Under the pieces are notes generated by a model. The model was not told the DNA's origin and searched no databases. It saw only the letters and a list, made by a program, of their open reading frames with translations. From Prorocentrum cordatum (Eukaryota): DNA of 64,000 nucleotides. Position 1 is the first letter of the stretch. Each line of letters begins with the position of its first letter. Below are positions 1 through 12,030 of the stretch, piece by piece. Location: positions 558,001 through 622,000 of the forward strand of contig CAUYUJ010000003.1 of NCBI GenBank assembly GCA_963575745.1. Direction: 5' to 3'. Made by a program: the position numbers and the translations under genes.

Positions 1-2759
1 GCTTAGGCACGCCAGCACAAGCACGCCAGGCACACCACGATGCGCCACGACCCTCACGCACACCAGCAGCAGGCACACCACGCAACCGCGCACAACGCAC
101 ACGCCTGTCATCATTGCCAGATTCGGCTCCCAACTGTCTGTTGCCTCCTCCGTTCTCTCCTCTGCTTTCCTCCTCCATTGTGGTCCGTTCCCCCCTCCGT
201 TTTCCTGTCCTCAACCTTCCCACCCCGCCTTCTGCTTGTTCTCCTTGTCCTTCTCCCTCCTCCACCTTGTTCTCCTCCTCCTCCTCCTCCTCCTCCTCCT
301 CCTCCTCCTCCTCCTCCTCCTCCTCTCCCCCCTTTTCCTTCCGTGCTTCCGTTCATGCCTCCCTCCCCATCGCCGTCCCTTCCACCCATTCCACATCCCT
401 TCCATGGAAAACGGACGAAGGAGAAGTAAGGCTATCTCATCCTCCTCCTCCGCTGACTCATTCGTGGAAATTTCATGCCGCCTGATTGTTATCGCCTTGT
501 GGCCCTATGAGACCGCATTGCGGTCTTCTTGGGTCGGCCCTCTTGGCTGTCATGGGGCCCTACGGCTTCACCTTGTCTTCCTCCTATGGGACCCTGGCGG
601 CCTTTTGGGGTTATCTCGGAAACATGTTGGGAAAATATCGTGGGGACATGTTGGAACAGGCTTGGTGCCCTCTGGGCCAGTCGCGGGTACCCCAGGACGC
701 CCCCTTGGGCTCTCTCTGGGCAGGCCTGGGCCGTCTTGAACCCGATGCCCGAAACAAATCAAAGAATTTAGATATGTTATTGCCTAGCTTGGGCTACTCT
801 TGAAACCATCATGCAGCTCTCTTGGGGCCATGACGGACTTGTTTGGGAGCCTCTTTGGTTATCTGGTGGTCTCTCCTCTGGGGCCTTCGTTGGGACACCC
901 TTGCAGGCACCTGGGCTGTCTCAAAGCTACTCTTGGAACCCTCCGAACGGCCCGCGGCCCGCCCAGACGGGCCCGGAAACTCCCCCGACCCCCCTCCCTC
1001 GGGGGGGCCCTTTTCCCCATGGGGGGTCGGGGCCTACGATTCCGGAGAACGCGTATACTCGCGAAGCGCACGCGCTGCGGAATGAGGCCCGATAGGTGCA
1101 GAGGTGCGGGAAGAGGACAGAAAAGGGGGGGCATCCGAACGGAAAACATGGCGGGAGAGTGGGGTCACCATGCCACGGGCACTTCTGCATCTGACATGGC
1201 AGCGCTGCTGGACGCCTCAAACTCTGAAGGTTGAACCCCGCTTCTGCCGCCAGAAGATAGACGCACGTGGACAGTGCAGAAGACGACTCCGTGACAGACT
1301 GAGTCGTACAAGCAAAAGCGACGCCATGGTGTGTACATAAAAGGGGCAGGCCGAAGCAACCAAGACCCCGCCCGCAAATCAATACACAGGACTATTCATG
1401 TTGTCCGTCCTTCTGCTCATCTGATCGCCCCTCCTCCAGAAAAGAAAGGGGCAGCCGAGACACAACGGTGGTCGCGTGCAACTGTAAAGCATACTCGCGA
1501 AGAGCAGGCCGACTGCGACAATCGCGCGCATGGGTGTGTGAGCAGTTTGTTCTATGGTTCCTGCGGCGGCCTGCAAGTGCGCCAGGATTCCAATCAACCT
1601 AGTTTGGGTTTGCTCTGGTCACTCAAAGCCTTGCGTCTCATCCTTCTCATCCTCAGGTTCTCCTCCATCCCAATGTCCCCCTTCGTAAATTCCTACGCAA
1701 TGCGCCGTGGTACTGACCGTTACTAACCGATAAAGGTGCGCTGGCGCGCCTGCTGCCTGCACTGCCCAAGGTTGGGCGCGAACCGGTTGCGATACTGCCA
1801 AGCAAATGCGGCACATCTCTGGCAACGGCATCAATCATTGCGGGTCTTATGTCGTGGCAGCGCACATGAGCACCGCGATGGCACTGGTGCTCCAGGAGCA
1901 GACACCACAAGAAACCCTTCGAACTTGCTTCGAACATACTTTGGTGGACGTACAGTGCTTTGCCTTTTCAGATGGGCATCGCGCGGGGCATGTGCGGCAG
2001 GTTCATGCGCTCGCGAGTCCGGCATTTGGCCCATCATGAATTGATTGCGGGTGACCGCCATGGCCGTTCACATCACGGCCGTGGTTACATTGTTTTGGAC
2101 CGTCGAAGAGGTGGCGGTTATCGCAGTCCGTACTATGATGATTAGTACTGCCCTGGTGATGTGAACATGGTGGCTACCTGCATGATGATGGATCATGGCC
2201 ATCGTCGTGATGATGACGAGCCCCCCATCCCCTGTGGACTCCTAGCGAAGAGTCGTTGTTGCGGGATGGGATTGGATTCTATGCTCAAGAGCGGATGAAT
2301 CAAGTCCCGCCCATAAAATACGGTAATGCATGAGAATGGGATCACCTCCCAACTCACCCTACAAAGTCCCGTCCCGAGGTTGATCAGGTACTGGAAAATA
2401 TTTCCTCTGCAAGAAAGCAATCCTTCCACTAGTGTGCAGATGCATGTACATCATGTACGTATACATATATGGTCCAGCCCATAGCGCCTACTGCGTGGGG
2501 TTTCTGAATTGATTGTTCCAGTCGTCTTTGTCTCCTCGCCTCGCCCTGTCCTCGCCCTTCCTTGCCCGAGAAGAGGGGAAAGGAGAAAGAGGACGAGACG
2601 GCTTGGCGGAAGTAAAGGGGAGGCGAGACGGAAGGAGGGCAACTGTAGGGATGAGGGGGGAGACTCGACCTCGACCTCTGCGCTGTACCAATGGCCAACA
2701 AATTCTGCTATTTCCATGCATCCGATTGAACATGCAGCTCCATTATGATGTTGGAGATG

Positions 2760-3360
2760 TGCCCCACTTGCCCCGCCTGGTCCCGCTTGCCCACTTAGGG
2801 CAAGTGGGGGTCAAGTGGGGCCCTCAATTCCTTGCGAGGGGGGCCAAGTGCCCCCCCAATTCTTCGAGCCTGCGCGTAAGAGGGGAAAGTGGGGCACATT
2901 TCAAGGAGCGGTGCCCGCCCACGTCTCGCACAAGTGCCCGACCCCCCCCCCCCCCTTGGAGCACCTGTGGGTGCCGTGCCGCGCAGGTGAACCCCCCAGC
3001 GGTGACGAGCAGGAGGAGGAGGAGGAGGAGGAGGAGGAGGAGGAGGAGTCGGAGGAGGAGGAGCGTTTTGCCCGAGGAATCCTCGCAAACTAATGATGTT
3101 GCTGACGCCGTTGGGTGCAAGTGGGGCAAGCGGGACCACGTAGGGCAAATGGGGCACATGTCAAGCAGCGGTGCCGGCCCTCGTCTCGCACAAGTGCCCG
3201 ACCCCCCCCCTCCTCGAGCACCTATAGGGGTCGTGTCGCGCAGGTGCCCCCCACCCCCCAGCGGTGACGAGCAAGAGGAGGACGAGGAGGAGGAGGAGGA
3301 GCAGGAGGAGGAGGAAGAGGAATAGGAGGAATAGCGTTTCTCCTCAGGCATCCTCGCAAA
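2760..3360 (+). repeat. Imperfect ~260-bp tandem duplication ending in (GAG)n
   Basis: ggggcacat.tcaag.agcggtgcc..cgtctcgcacaagtgcccgacccc..cagcggtgacgagc occurs at ~2890 and ~3150. Confidence 0.8.
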
Positions 3361-3816
3361 CTGGGGATGTTGCCGACGACTCGCTCTAAGAAGCAGAGCT
3401 TTCGCTGGAGAGATCCTCAGAAAATGAACTGTTGAGATCGGACGTTGGACATCCAACATGGCGCGGGGGAGCCTTTCGCTTGAGACGTCCTCCCACCCAC
3501 AATGCAAGCCATAGCAACTTTGGCTCTAGCGCCCTGAAGGGTCAGGAGGCAGCGCTTGTACTGGCACCGAGGGCTGGTCGTGGCCTGCGACCAGGCTTCG
3601 GGCCCCGCCGAGCCTGGGCCGGCCAGGGCCTCCATCGCCGAAGCGCTGGGCTTCGCCGAGTCGATGGCCCCGCAATCGCCTCCAGCTGAGCACCCAGACC
3701 CCCTCGAGTAATGAGAAAGTCATGACGGGAGGTTTATCCCCAATTTCGCCATCTGGGGGCCCTTGCCGGGACTCGGGACCGTCAAAAAACTACCCGGGAT
3801 GAAAAACCGGTCCCAG

Positions 3817-5990
3817 GAATGGGTCGAGACTTCTGGGGTCGACGTCATGAAAAAATCATGACGTTGGGGGTCGGGGCAGGAGCGCGAGGCAGAGAAGCAC
3901 GAGGAGGAGAACATCGCCCCGTCTTCGCCGCGGGGGGCCGAGGGGCCGTTTTCGCCACCAGCGGAGCAAGACGATCCAGCGGAAGAGGCCTGGCTTATGG
4001 CGGAGATCGGGGAGTTCTGGGAGAACTCGATCGTGAAGACCGACGGGTTGCGCGCCGAGTTCGCGGGCATCTTGAACGGCACGGAGGGCGTAGTGCGCTG
4101 GTCTAGGCAACCGGAGTCCAAGGCAAGGTGGGACCGCGAAAGACTGCCGAGAATCCCCGTCCGCGTCGGGGACAACCTCTACGCGCTGAGCCGTTGCTTC
4201 CTGACATTGGCGCCACCGATGGGAGCGCAGGCAGCTGACCCCGGCATCCAGGGCTGGCGCGCTGTATCGGCGTGCACGTGGCAATCGGCCACGGGGCGTG
4301 GCCGCCCTGGCCGTGCCGCAGGCATTGGCGATTTCTGGGAGGGCACGGTGGTCAAGATCTTCGGCTTTCCAGGGTCAGCGGGGCTCAACGGCAAGGAGGG
4401 CGTCGTGCGCTGGTCTGAGCAGCCCTGCTCTGAAGCACCGGTGGGCGGCGATAGGGGTGCCGAAGACCTGCGTCCGCGTTAGGGAGAAGGTTTACGCGCT
4501 GGGACGTCATCACTTGACGGCGGTGCCAGGGGGGGCAGGCGACGCTGACGCTGAGCAGGCTATGGTGCCCGTCCTGACCCAGCCAGACCCCAGCGACCAG
4601 TCGCAGACCCAGCCAACCCCGATGCCGAGGACGCCTAGCGAAGGTCTCATCCCCGTGGCAGCGCACCCGCACTGGGGTTTCGGATTCTTCGACATTGCCC
4701 CAGTTGGCGCCGGCGCCGGACATGCAGGACCCCATGCCAAAGGTGTTGGAGCGGCTCAGCCAGATCGGGTCAGAGGAGGAGCTGATGCAGTACATCTACC
4801 CCGTAGACCTCTTCCACGGACCGTCGTTGCGAATGCGCGCGGGGGATCGTCGCGGGCCATTTTCCACAGGTGCTCAATCCCCTCCCCCCTGGAGCACCAA
4901 TGGGGGAAATTTCGTTGAAGCCGCCAGTGGGTTCGATGGGCGCACCGGCTGGCGGCACTTCCCAACTTTTTCTGTGCCCTCACAGGATTCGAGAGCGCGG
5001 AGAACGTCTACGAGGCGGTGCATAAGGCTTTGGCAACGATTGTCGCGGATGCCAGGACCCACGTGGACATCGGCAGCGACGCGTCGTTCTCTCTGACGAA
5101 GCTGACCACGCTGCCGCATCGCAAGGCCATTGCGGCGGTGGCGACAGCCAACTCCCAGCCGCCAGAGGCAGTGTATCAAGGCCTCTGCGGCATGATCGGG
5201 TGAACGGAGCACCATGGCACGCGCCTCAGCGACACCAAGGAGGCCCACCACGTCAGGGCTGCCACGGTCGGTGCTTCCTTCGCGGGGCCGCCGTCCACTC
5301 GCGAACCGAGCTGGCACCGGTTCGTCGGCGAGTACCTGCTGAGCCACCCCGAGGTGCCGGAGTTGCGGCGGGAGGGGCGGGCGTGCGCGGGCGACGCCAC
5401 GGTCAAAGGCCACAGGACTTTGGGGCGCGCTGAGGAAAAGGGCCTGAGGGTCAGCTTACCCTCAACATGGAGGGGCATCGGGGTAGGCCAAGGGCAGGCG
5501 TACTGGAAGGGCTCGGGCCTAAGTCTAGGGTAGGCTCACGGGAAGGGCTTCGGGGCAGGCTCGCAGTAAGCCTAGCGGGGAGGCCTAGGGGTCACTTTGC
5601 GGTCCTCGCGGGAATTTTTACACAGGTGCTCAATCCCCCCCTGGAAGCTCCTGTGGGGGAGATTCCGACTTGGCCCCCAATGGGTTCGAGGGAAACGCCG
5701 ACGGGCGGCGTTTCCCAAATGTTTCTGCGAGAGGTGCGGGGCCAGAGTAGGCGCAAGGCCGAGGGCAAGCAGGGTGGGCGCAGGGAGGGCCCCCCCGTCC
5801 CCAATCGATTTCCGCCAGCAGGATGAGCATCGCGAACCACGGCCGCAGCGGGCTTTCCACCGCGGTTCGCAGCATATGCTACGAGACGCCACAGTCGGAG
5901 AATACCAAGGACATCACCTTCACCAGCCGCCCCAAGATGCTGCAGCTGGTGAACGGCGAGCGCGACACCAGCGCCTGGAAACCTTAGGAA
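3817..5990 (+). pseudogene. Spliced pseudogene: two SH3/KOW-like 'GL..LNG..G.V' repeats followed by a DUF3987/YfjI-like P-loop ATPase region
   Basis: The repeats are IGEFWENSIVKTDGL..LNGTEGVVRWS and IGDFWEGTVVKIFGF..LNGKEGVVRWS. Removing GA-AG introns 4819-4985 and 5416-5821 joins frames: DLFHG/FESAEN..AVATANSQPPEAVYQGL..FAGPPSTREPS..GDATVKGHR/MSIANHGRSGLST..RPKMLQLVNGERD. There is an in-frame TGA at 5201-5203 and frameshifts near 4440-4700. Confidence 0.5.
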
Positions 5991-6208
5991 ACTTAGAGAA
6001 GCACAGTGTGGTGGCCCACGCTCTTCAGAATGTCTCGGACTCGAAAGGGATAGCAGTGTTTGGAGGAGGAGGGGGAGAAGGATCGGGAGCAGGCACAGCA
6101 CCGCTCCCGAGACCACCGAAAACCGCCAAAAACGGCCCCAAAGGCCCCCAAGGCCCACACAGATGGCCACAACAGGACTCCTGAGAGGGCTGCAAACAAC
6201 TTTTTCCC

Positions 6209-6412
6209 TAGGGCTGACCTGAACATCGTTCGCGAACATTTGTTTCCGCCCCGATTGCGAGCCAGTTGTTTTGAACATCTTTGTTTTTACTCAACCAAAC
6301 GGCCGTGGACAAGGCCCTTGAGCGCCTTGGAGTTCGAGAACAGATGTAGTTTGCGAACATCCGAACACGAACATGATGTTTCAACTCCCGAACACTTTAC
6401 AAGGCAACCCTA
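6209..6412. mobile_element. MITE, 204 bp, TAGGG...CCCTA termini
   Basis: TIR TAGGGCTGAC / GGCAACCCTA. Flanking duplication ACTTTTTCCC (6199-6208) / ACTGTTTCCC (6413-6422). Internal GAACA/TGTT repeats. Confidence 0.7.
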
Positions 6413-8997
6413 ACTGTTTCCCCGCGAACCACGACATCTACTATTCCCCTAGTGACGCGCGCACCGCGGCAACTACAGACACATCGAGCACTGTGGAATT
6501 ATCGGCCTTCGACAAGAGAGCCCTCACGGCAGACACTCGACAAGGAGGGCTCCACCCCACATCATTGACCCCCCTCAGAAGTGGTGGTGCTTTGAGCGTT
6601 TCGCCATTTCGGGCTTCCGGCACTCCAAGAAGGCCAAAGAGGCTCCCAATATCGCCCAAGAGCCCCGAAGCCACCCCAAGAGGGGCGGACGAGGGGGAAG
6701 TCGAACTGGCCTTGGGAGCATTTCAATAGAAGATTGCCCCAAAGACCCTCAGCATGCCATCAAGAGCCCCCAAGAAGCGCCCAGAAGGCCCCAAAAGGCC
6801 CCGCAGAGGCCCACACGCAAATGTAAAAGTTCCCGACAGTATCCTGGAGCACGCTCTGACCAGGGCTTGGAACAGGATCCAGCAACGGTAGCGATGGCCC
6901 CCCGACGTCGAAGGCGAACATCGACCGAACCCCCTGCAACTTTCGGATACCTCCCTCCTCCCACCTCGAAAACGGCGACGACGAAGCTGGCGACAACGAC
7001 GATGGCGACGACGACGACGATGGCGACAGCAACGTCGACGACGACGACGACGTCGACGGCGGCGGCGGCGGCCGCGGCCGGCAGGGGAGCCGAGTGGGCG
7101 AAGCGAGGAGGGAGGACATGGGGAGAGCATGAAGGCGGGGGGGGGGGAACACGAGGGAGGAGGCGAGGCGGCGGCGGAGAGGGGGGGGCGGAACAGGCAA
7201 CGCTCCGAGAAGAGGCCGAAGGCGATCGAACTACGGAGGAATTTGGGGAACTCCGCTCCGATCTGCAGGCTCGGCACCGCGCACCACGCGTGGCAGTGAC
7301 GGAAGGCCCCCCTTTCGGGCGAGGGGGAAGGGAGGGACGGGAGGGACGGGAGGGGAGAGGAGGGGAGGCAGGGTAGGGAGGGGAGGGGAGGGGAGGGAGG
7401 GGGGGGGTGAGGGGATGGGGAAGGAGGGAGGAGGGAGGGAGGGAGGGGAGGGGGAGGGGGGGAGGGAGGAGGAAGGAAGGAAGGGAGGGGAGGGAATGGA
7501 GGGAGGGATCGAGCGACTGAGAGGGATGGAGGGGGGGAGAAAGGGGGGAATGGATGGGAGGGGGGGGGAGGGGAGAAGGGGGGGGGAGGGGGGGGCGGCG
7601 GCGACGGCGGCGACGACCTCGGCGAGCTCCGCGGCGCCTCGGCGCCGCCGCCCCCGCCGGAGGCTGGCGTGTGCGCCGCCTCGTCGCGCTCCCGCAGCAG
7701 CTCCTCTCTGCGGGCGGGCGGGGTGGCGCGGGGCCGCGGGCGGGGCGGCCCAGGGAGGGGGAGGGGGAAGGGAGGGAAAGGTCGAGGAGGAGGGGGGGGA
7801 GAGGAGGAGCGGGGAAGGCGGCGACGACGATCGAGTCTGATGCCACCAGCGGCGGCGGGAGGAGCGGGCAGGCAGAGGAAATGGACAGAACGAGGAGGAG
7901 GCGAGAGTGATGGAAGCGCACGGCCTGAGGCAGCACATCCAACCATGAATGCAATCGCCCGGATGTAAAAACACGCATTCGCCCTGCAGCGCTGGGGAAT
8001 GGGGGGGGCGCGGGGCACTTACTTGGGCGGCGCTGGGAAGAGGGGGGGGCAGCGGGAGCAGAAATGAGCGACGGGAGCTGGCGAAGTAGGTGCGCTCCAT
8101 CCATATATGCCATCCTACCTCTCCCGCCCATCCCTTACAATTGCGTTTTTCCCTCCCCCCAATCCGCGGATGGGCATCGCAGCGGGCCTGGAAGCATGGC
8201 GCTTTTTGAGTCAAGGTGGTTCCCAAGAGTGAAGAGCAAGGGTGCAAGGCTTGACCATGAGGTAATAAGCTGAGAACCCGACTCTGAGGACGACGTCGGC
8301 GACGCACCAAGGCATCCCACAACTCATCCCCTGATGGCAAGCGAGACGATAAGTACGAAAGGAGCCATGGGGATGCAAGATGGATCATAGAAAGACGTGG
8401 CTTTTCTCCGCTGCTACGATCCCAACTGAGGCGCACAGAGTCGCGCGCACCTGGCGCATAGGACAGCGCAGTCTTGAGCCAAGACAGCGTCGGATATAGC
8501 GTTCGCTATACAGCCTCTCCTTAAACCTCGTATAAAGTCGGGAAGGGAGGGGCCGAGCGCTAGATCTTAGTCCTAACGAATTAGGTAGGGGAAAGAAGGG
8601 TGAGGATGATGTTTTCCACCATCCCGAGCAGCACACAATAATACGGCAAAGGGCAGGCTGCGCAGAGTATTAGGGCTAGGCATGGCACATGGCCACAGCC
8701 AGCGACAGACGATTATAGGTAATCAACGGCAAGACCGCGTGACTGCCCACATGGAAGTAGGGAGAAATCCAGCCAGTGGGCCGGACGTCAAAGCGCGCAG
8801 CATGCGAGGGGATATGACCAAGCGGTCAAACCCCCACCAAAAAAACTAAGAGGGAATAGTGCCCGCGTTCGGGGACTCATAGTAGCTGTGAAGCTATGGA
8901 AACATATGCCCGTGGCCAAGCGAAGATAACTAATTGTGGGTATACATGCCCGTGCCCGGGCAAGGAAAACTACTTGTCTGTGTTTGAGTAGTCGTCA

Positions 8998-9700
8998 TCA
9001 TTGGTGTCCGCTGGCCCTGAATAGGACGCCCCTATGCTGGCGCTGTCTTCTCTTCCTCGATAGGGTACGTGCCTCTTTTCTTCGTGCTTCAAACGTTGAA
9101 TTCCTTCCATCGCTCGCAGCAGCAACGAGCGGTCGATGCACCCCTCGGTCGTCCGCGGTCATATCACGTGCATCACACCATTGTACACAACGAACTATAC
9201 CTCGGTCCATCATCTGTCTTATCCACCTGATATGTCCCAGCAGGGTGCACTCGATCGGCTTCTTCAAATCTTACTTGACAAGGATTCGAATACCGACTCA
9301 GCGTCTATTGCCAGGATGGCCTTCATTTTGAGACCGCCTGACTCCAACATATTATTAAGTTGAGTTGGTGTTAGGGGTCCAGCATCAAGCTCATGTAGCG
9401 TAACTGTGGTGGGATAGCAATCCTCAGGATTATGAGCGGCTGCCAGCGCTGCAGTTGAGTAGCTGGGGCGCACCTGCAAGCGATGTGATTTGCAGCGTGC
9501 ATCAATCAGATGCACTACTGATTTGCCGTTAGGCGTGTGTCCACGCAGTAGAAGGTTGGCTCCTCGGATCCCATGTCCCTCTACTTCGTCATCTTGGTTC
9601 CCATCAAGCCGACGGTATCCTGAACGCCCCCTTCTCCTGTCGGAGTCATAAACTGATAGGCAATTTGCTCCGGACCTTGCTGAAACATTGCGTGTCACAG
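8998..9700 (-). pseudogene. Copia-type RNase H remnant
   Basis: HLIDARCKSHRLQVRPSYSTAALAA..LHEL..AIDAESVFESL, then ECTLLGHIRWIRQ..VQWCDARDMTAD (W..T..M.AD). Confidence 0.8.
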
Positions 9701-10029
9701 CGCTGAATCTTCGCACTTGGAGTTTTTTTGGGGTTCCTTTACACGCAATAAGAATACCACGCGCACCACTAACCATGCATGAGCGATCGGTGCGCATGCC
9801 AAGGCACCACGCTAACGGACGAACACGTCGGCGACTGTCGTTGCCTTGTCTTCTGCCACGGCGCCCGTGAGTTCTGGGTGCTGCATCGGGCGAAGCTGTT
9901 TGACGCGTTCATCCTGATCTAGCCGGGCGCGGCCGCCCTCGGTCTCAGTGCATCGCACGGCGCCACTAGTGTAACAGTGCTTGCTCCATTTTACACGCGC
10001 CGAACGTATCTTCTCCACATTTGACGCGC

Positions 10030-10660
10030 TTGTCAATGGGCCCCTCCGCTCCTGCCATGTCGATGTCGCCAACATGCTTGGCTGTCCTGAGGCATGGGCT
10101 TGTCAAGTTCTTCATCATATGGCGTGGGCTTCGGCCCGGAACCTCGCGCGATGGTTCTGAGCTTCAAGGAGAGCGCACTACGGGCGCCATTGGTGCCTGC
10201 GCCTCGTTTAAGGCACTGCAGACAGCGCTTTGACTCGTCATTCGTCGAGAAACCGGGCAGCGCACGCAGCGCCGAGGCTGGAACCGGTGGAAGAGTGAAG
10301 CATGCCATGCGCTCTTTCTCTCCAGCGGCCTCTGCCAGCACGCATTAAGTCAGACCCTTCAAGAAGTCTTGTCGGCGCCCCTGGATACCGCGATTCAATG
10401 TTTCTTGCGCGCGGCCGCGCTGGCGAGCAATTTCTGGCTTGCTCGCCGGGCTGTGTCTGGGGGAGTTTCTACGTCGAATGCTTCGACGCCCATGAAGCCA
10501 CGAAGAAAAAGGCATAGTCGCATTGGTCGTTCCATGTCGCCTGTCGTTATTGACAAGCTTCCGCTTGTGCGCGTATCTAGAGGCCATGCAACGGTAGCTG
10601 CCTTGATATGTTGCACCCCCAAGCATTTGCTTTCATGCCATAGTTTAAATTGAGTGTACA
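10030..10660 (-). pseudogene. Copia-type reverse transcriptase remnant
   Basis: RLCLFLRGFMG..TPPDTARRASQKLLASAAA (KARLVxRGF..SPTA), LQCLKRGAGTNGARSALSLKL (LxKxxYGxxDAP), KPTPYDEEL. Confidence 0.7.
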
Positions 10661-11479
10661 AAGCCTTAGATATCATTGTCGGATTGGTTGGTATTTCTAC
10701 CTTCGCTGGGAGGTCGTCCCCCTTGACAGTCGCAGCTCTTTTTGCAGCGGCCGAGACATGTGCGCAGCGGGGGAGGAGGCGGCGCAACGCCGCTTTCTTC
10801 TCGTCCGCGTCGCCCTGCGACACGCGGAGGGTCAGTGGAGCTGCCAGCCCCACAGCCACTGTGTGCGCCTCTTGACTTGTCGTAACTGCTGGCGCCCATT
10901 GTTGGGTCCTGGGGCGTTTCTACGTGAGGGTAAAAGTGCACGTGCCCGTACTTATCCCCAGGGTCTCTGTCGAGCAGGTGATAGCTCGGCTGGTGCAGGT
11001 ACTTCATAAAAAAGGTCGCCTGGTGCCGCTGCTGGCGCAGCGGCAGCAGGTGCCGGCGCCCCTTCCGCCAGCGCTGGCGCAGCCGGTGGAACTTGTCAGC
11101 GTTTGTCTGGCACCTGCCGGGCTGAGCAAATCTACGCTTGCCTGGCGTCGGCAGGAGGCCGCGCTTGTTTTTGTCATAGCCCTTTGTGCTACTTGGGCAT
11201 GCCCAGTGCTAGGGATCCTGGTCATACCAACGGCATCGACGTGGGTTTCGGTCGTGCGTCGGCGAGTTCATGTGAACGTTGTTGCGACAGCTGGGCAAAC
11301 ACATCCCCCCGATGGCGGTGGTTTGATGGATCCGTTCTCTTCTCGTGGCACCGCGGGGTCATCGAGATCGAATTCAACGCTGTTGACCACGCAGGTGTTT
11401 GCGTAAAAATGCCTGTCGGCAAAGGGGGCGTTGCCTCGTGCATGAAGGAAATTTGCAACCTGCACGAAATCTACGATCA

Positions 11480-12030
11480 GCGGTATCTTTGGAGTGCATT
11501 GGGCCGCCTGCGCCAGTTCTCGGTTGCGCGCTCGGGCGCGTTCACGATCACGGCAACATGCTTTCAAATGGCTTGAGAATTGCATGATGATTGGCCATCA
11601 TTTTTGCAGGTTTCCTGATGAGGGTGCCGCGTGAATCGCGTAGCCCTGTCGAGCATTGGTCTATCATATGCTTGCAAGTGGCCCTGGGCTTGACTTGCGT
11701 CGACCAGGGAGCAATCTCGCCCGCCCAGGCGCCAACCGGCCGTTCCCCAAGGAACATGCAGTGGAGGTCGTCTTGCATGACGGCTACCTTCCCGCAGAGG
11801 GCGACGCGGGGAAGGTCCTCCCTAGTGTTTGTACCGCGTGTCGTAGTTGACTGGGAGGTGAAAGTGCGCGGGCAAACCTGCGGCTCTGCAGTTGGGTTGT
11901 AGCCTAACTATTGCGACAAAGCGCGCATGCAGATAATTACTTTCAAAGGCAAGCTTTCTCTTGAGTGCTCTCTGTGGCATGCCAGCAGCGCCTCCACGTA
12001 GTTCTAACATATATACGCAGCTGCCCCTTC
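11480..12030 (-). pseudogene. Cytosine DNA methyltransferase-like domain in the Copia-like element
   Basis: MLELRGGAAGM (motif I), LQPNCR (PC), FLGERPVGAW (ExP), IDQCSTGLRDSRGTLIRKP..ILKPF, and terminal AAQCTPK. The motif series matches the Gypsy copy. Confidence 0.65.

Noticed and set aside
1140..2050. Coding-looking segments (e.g. ORF 1806-2039)
   Set aside because: No recognisable motif and no consistent splice boundaries.
6720..8130. 400+ aa Pro/Gly/Arg-rich ORFs on both strands
   Set aside because: Artefacts of GGA/GGC/GAC low-complexity tracts; the same applies to 17.8-19.0, 20.2-21.8, 37.3-38.7 and 60-64 kb.
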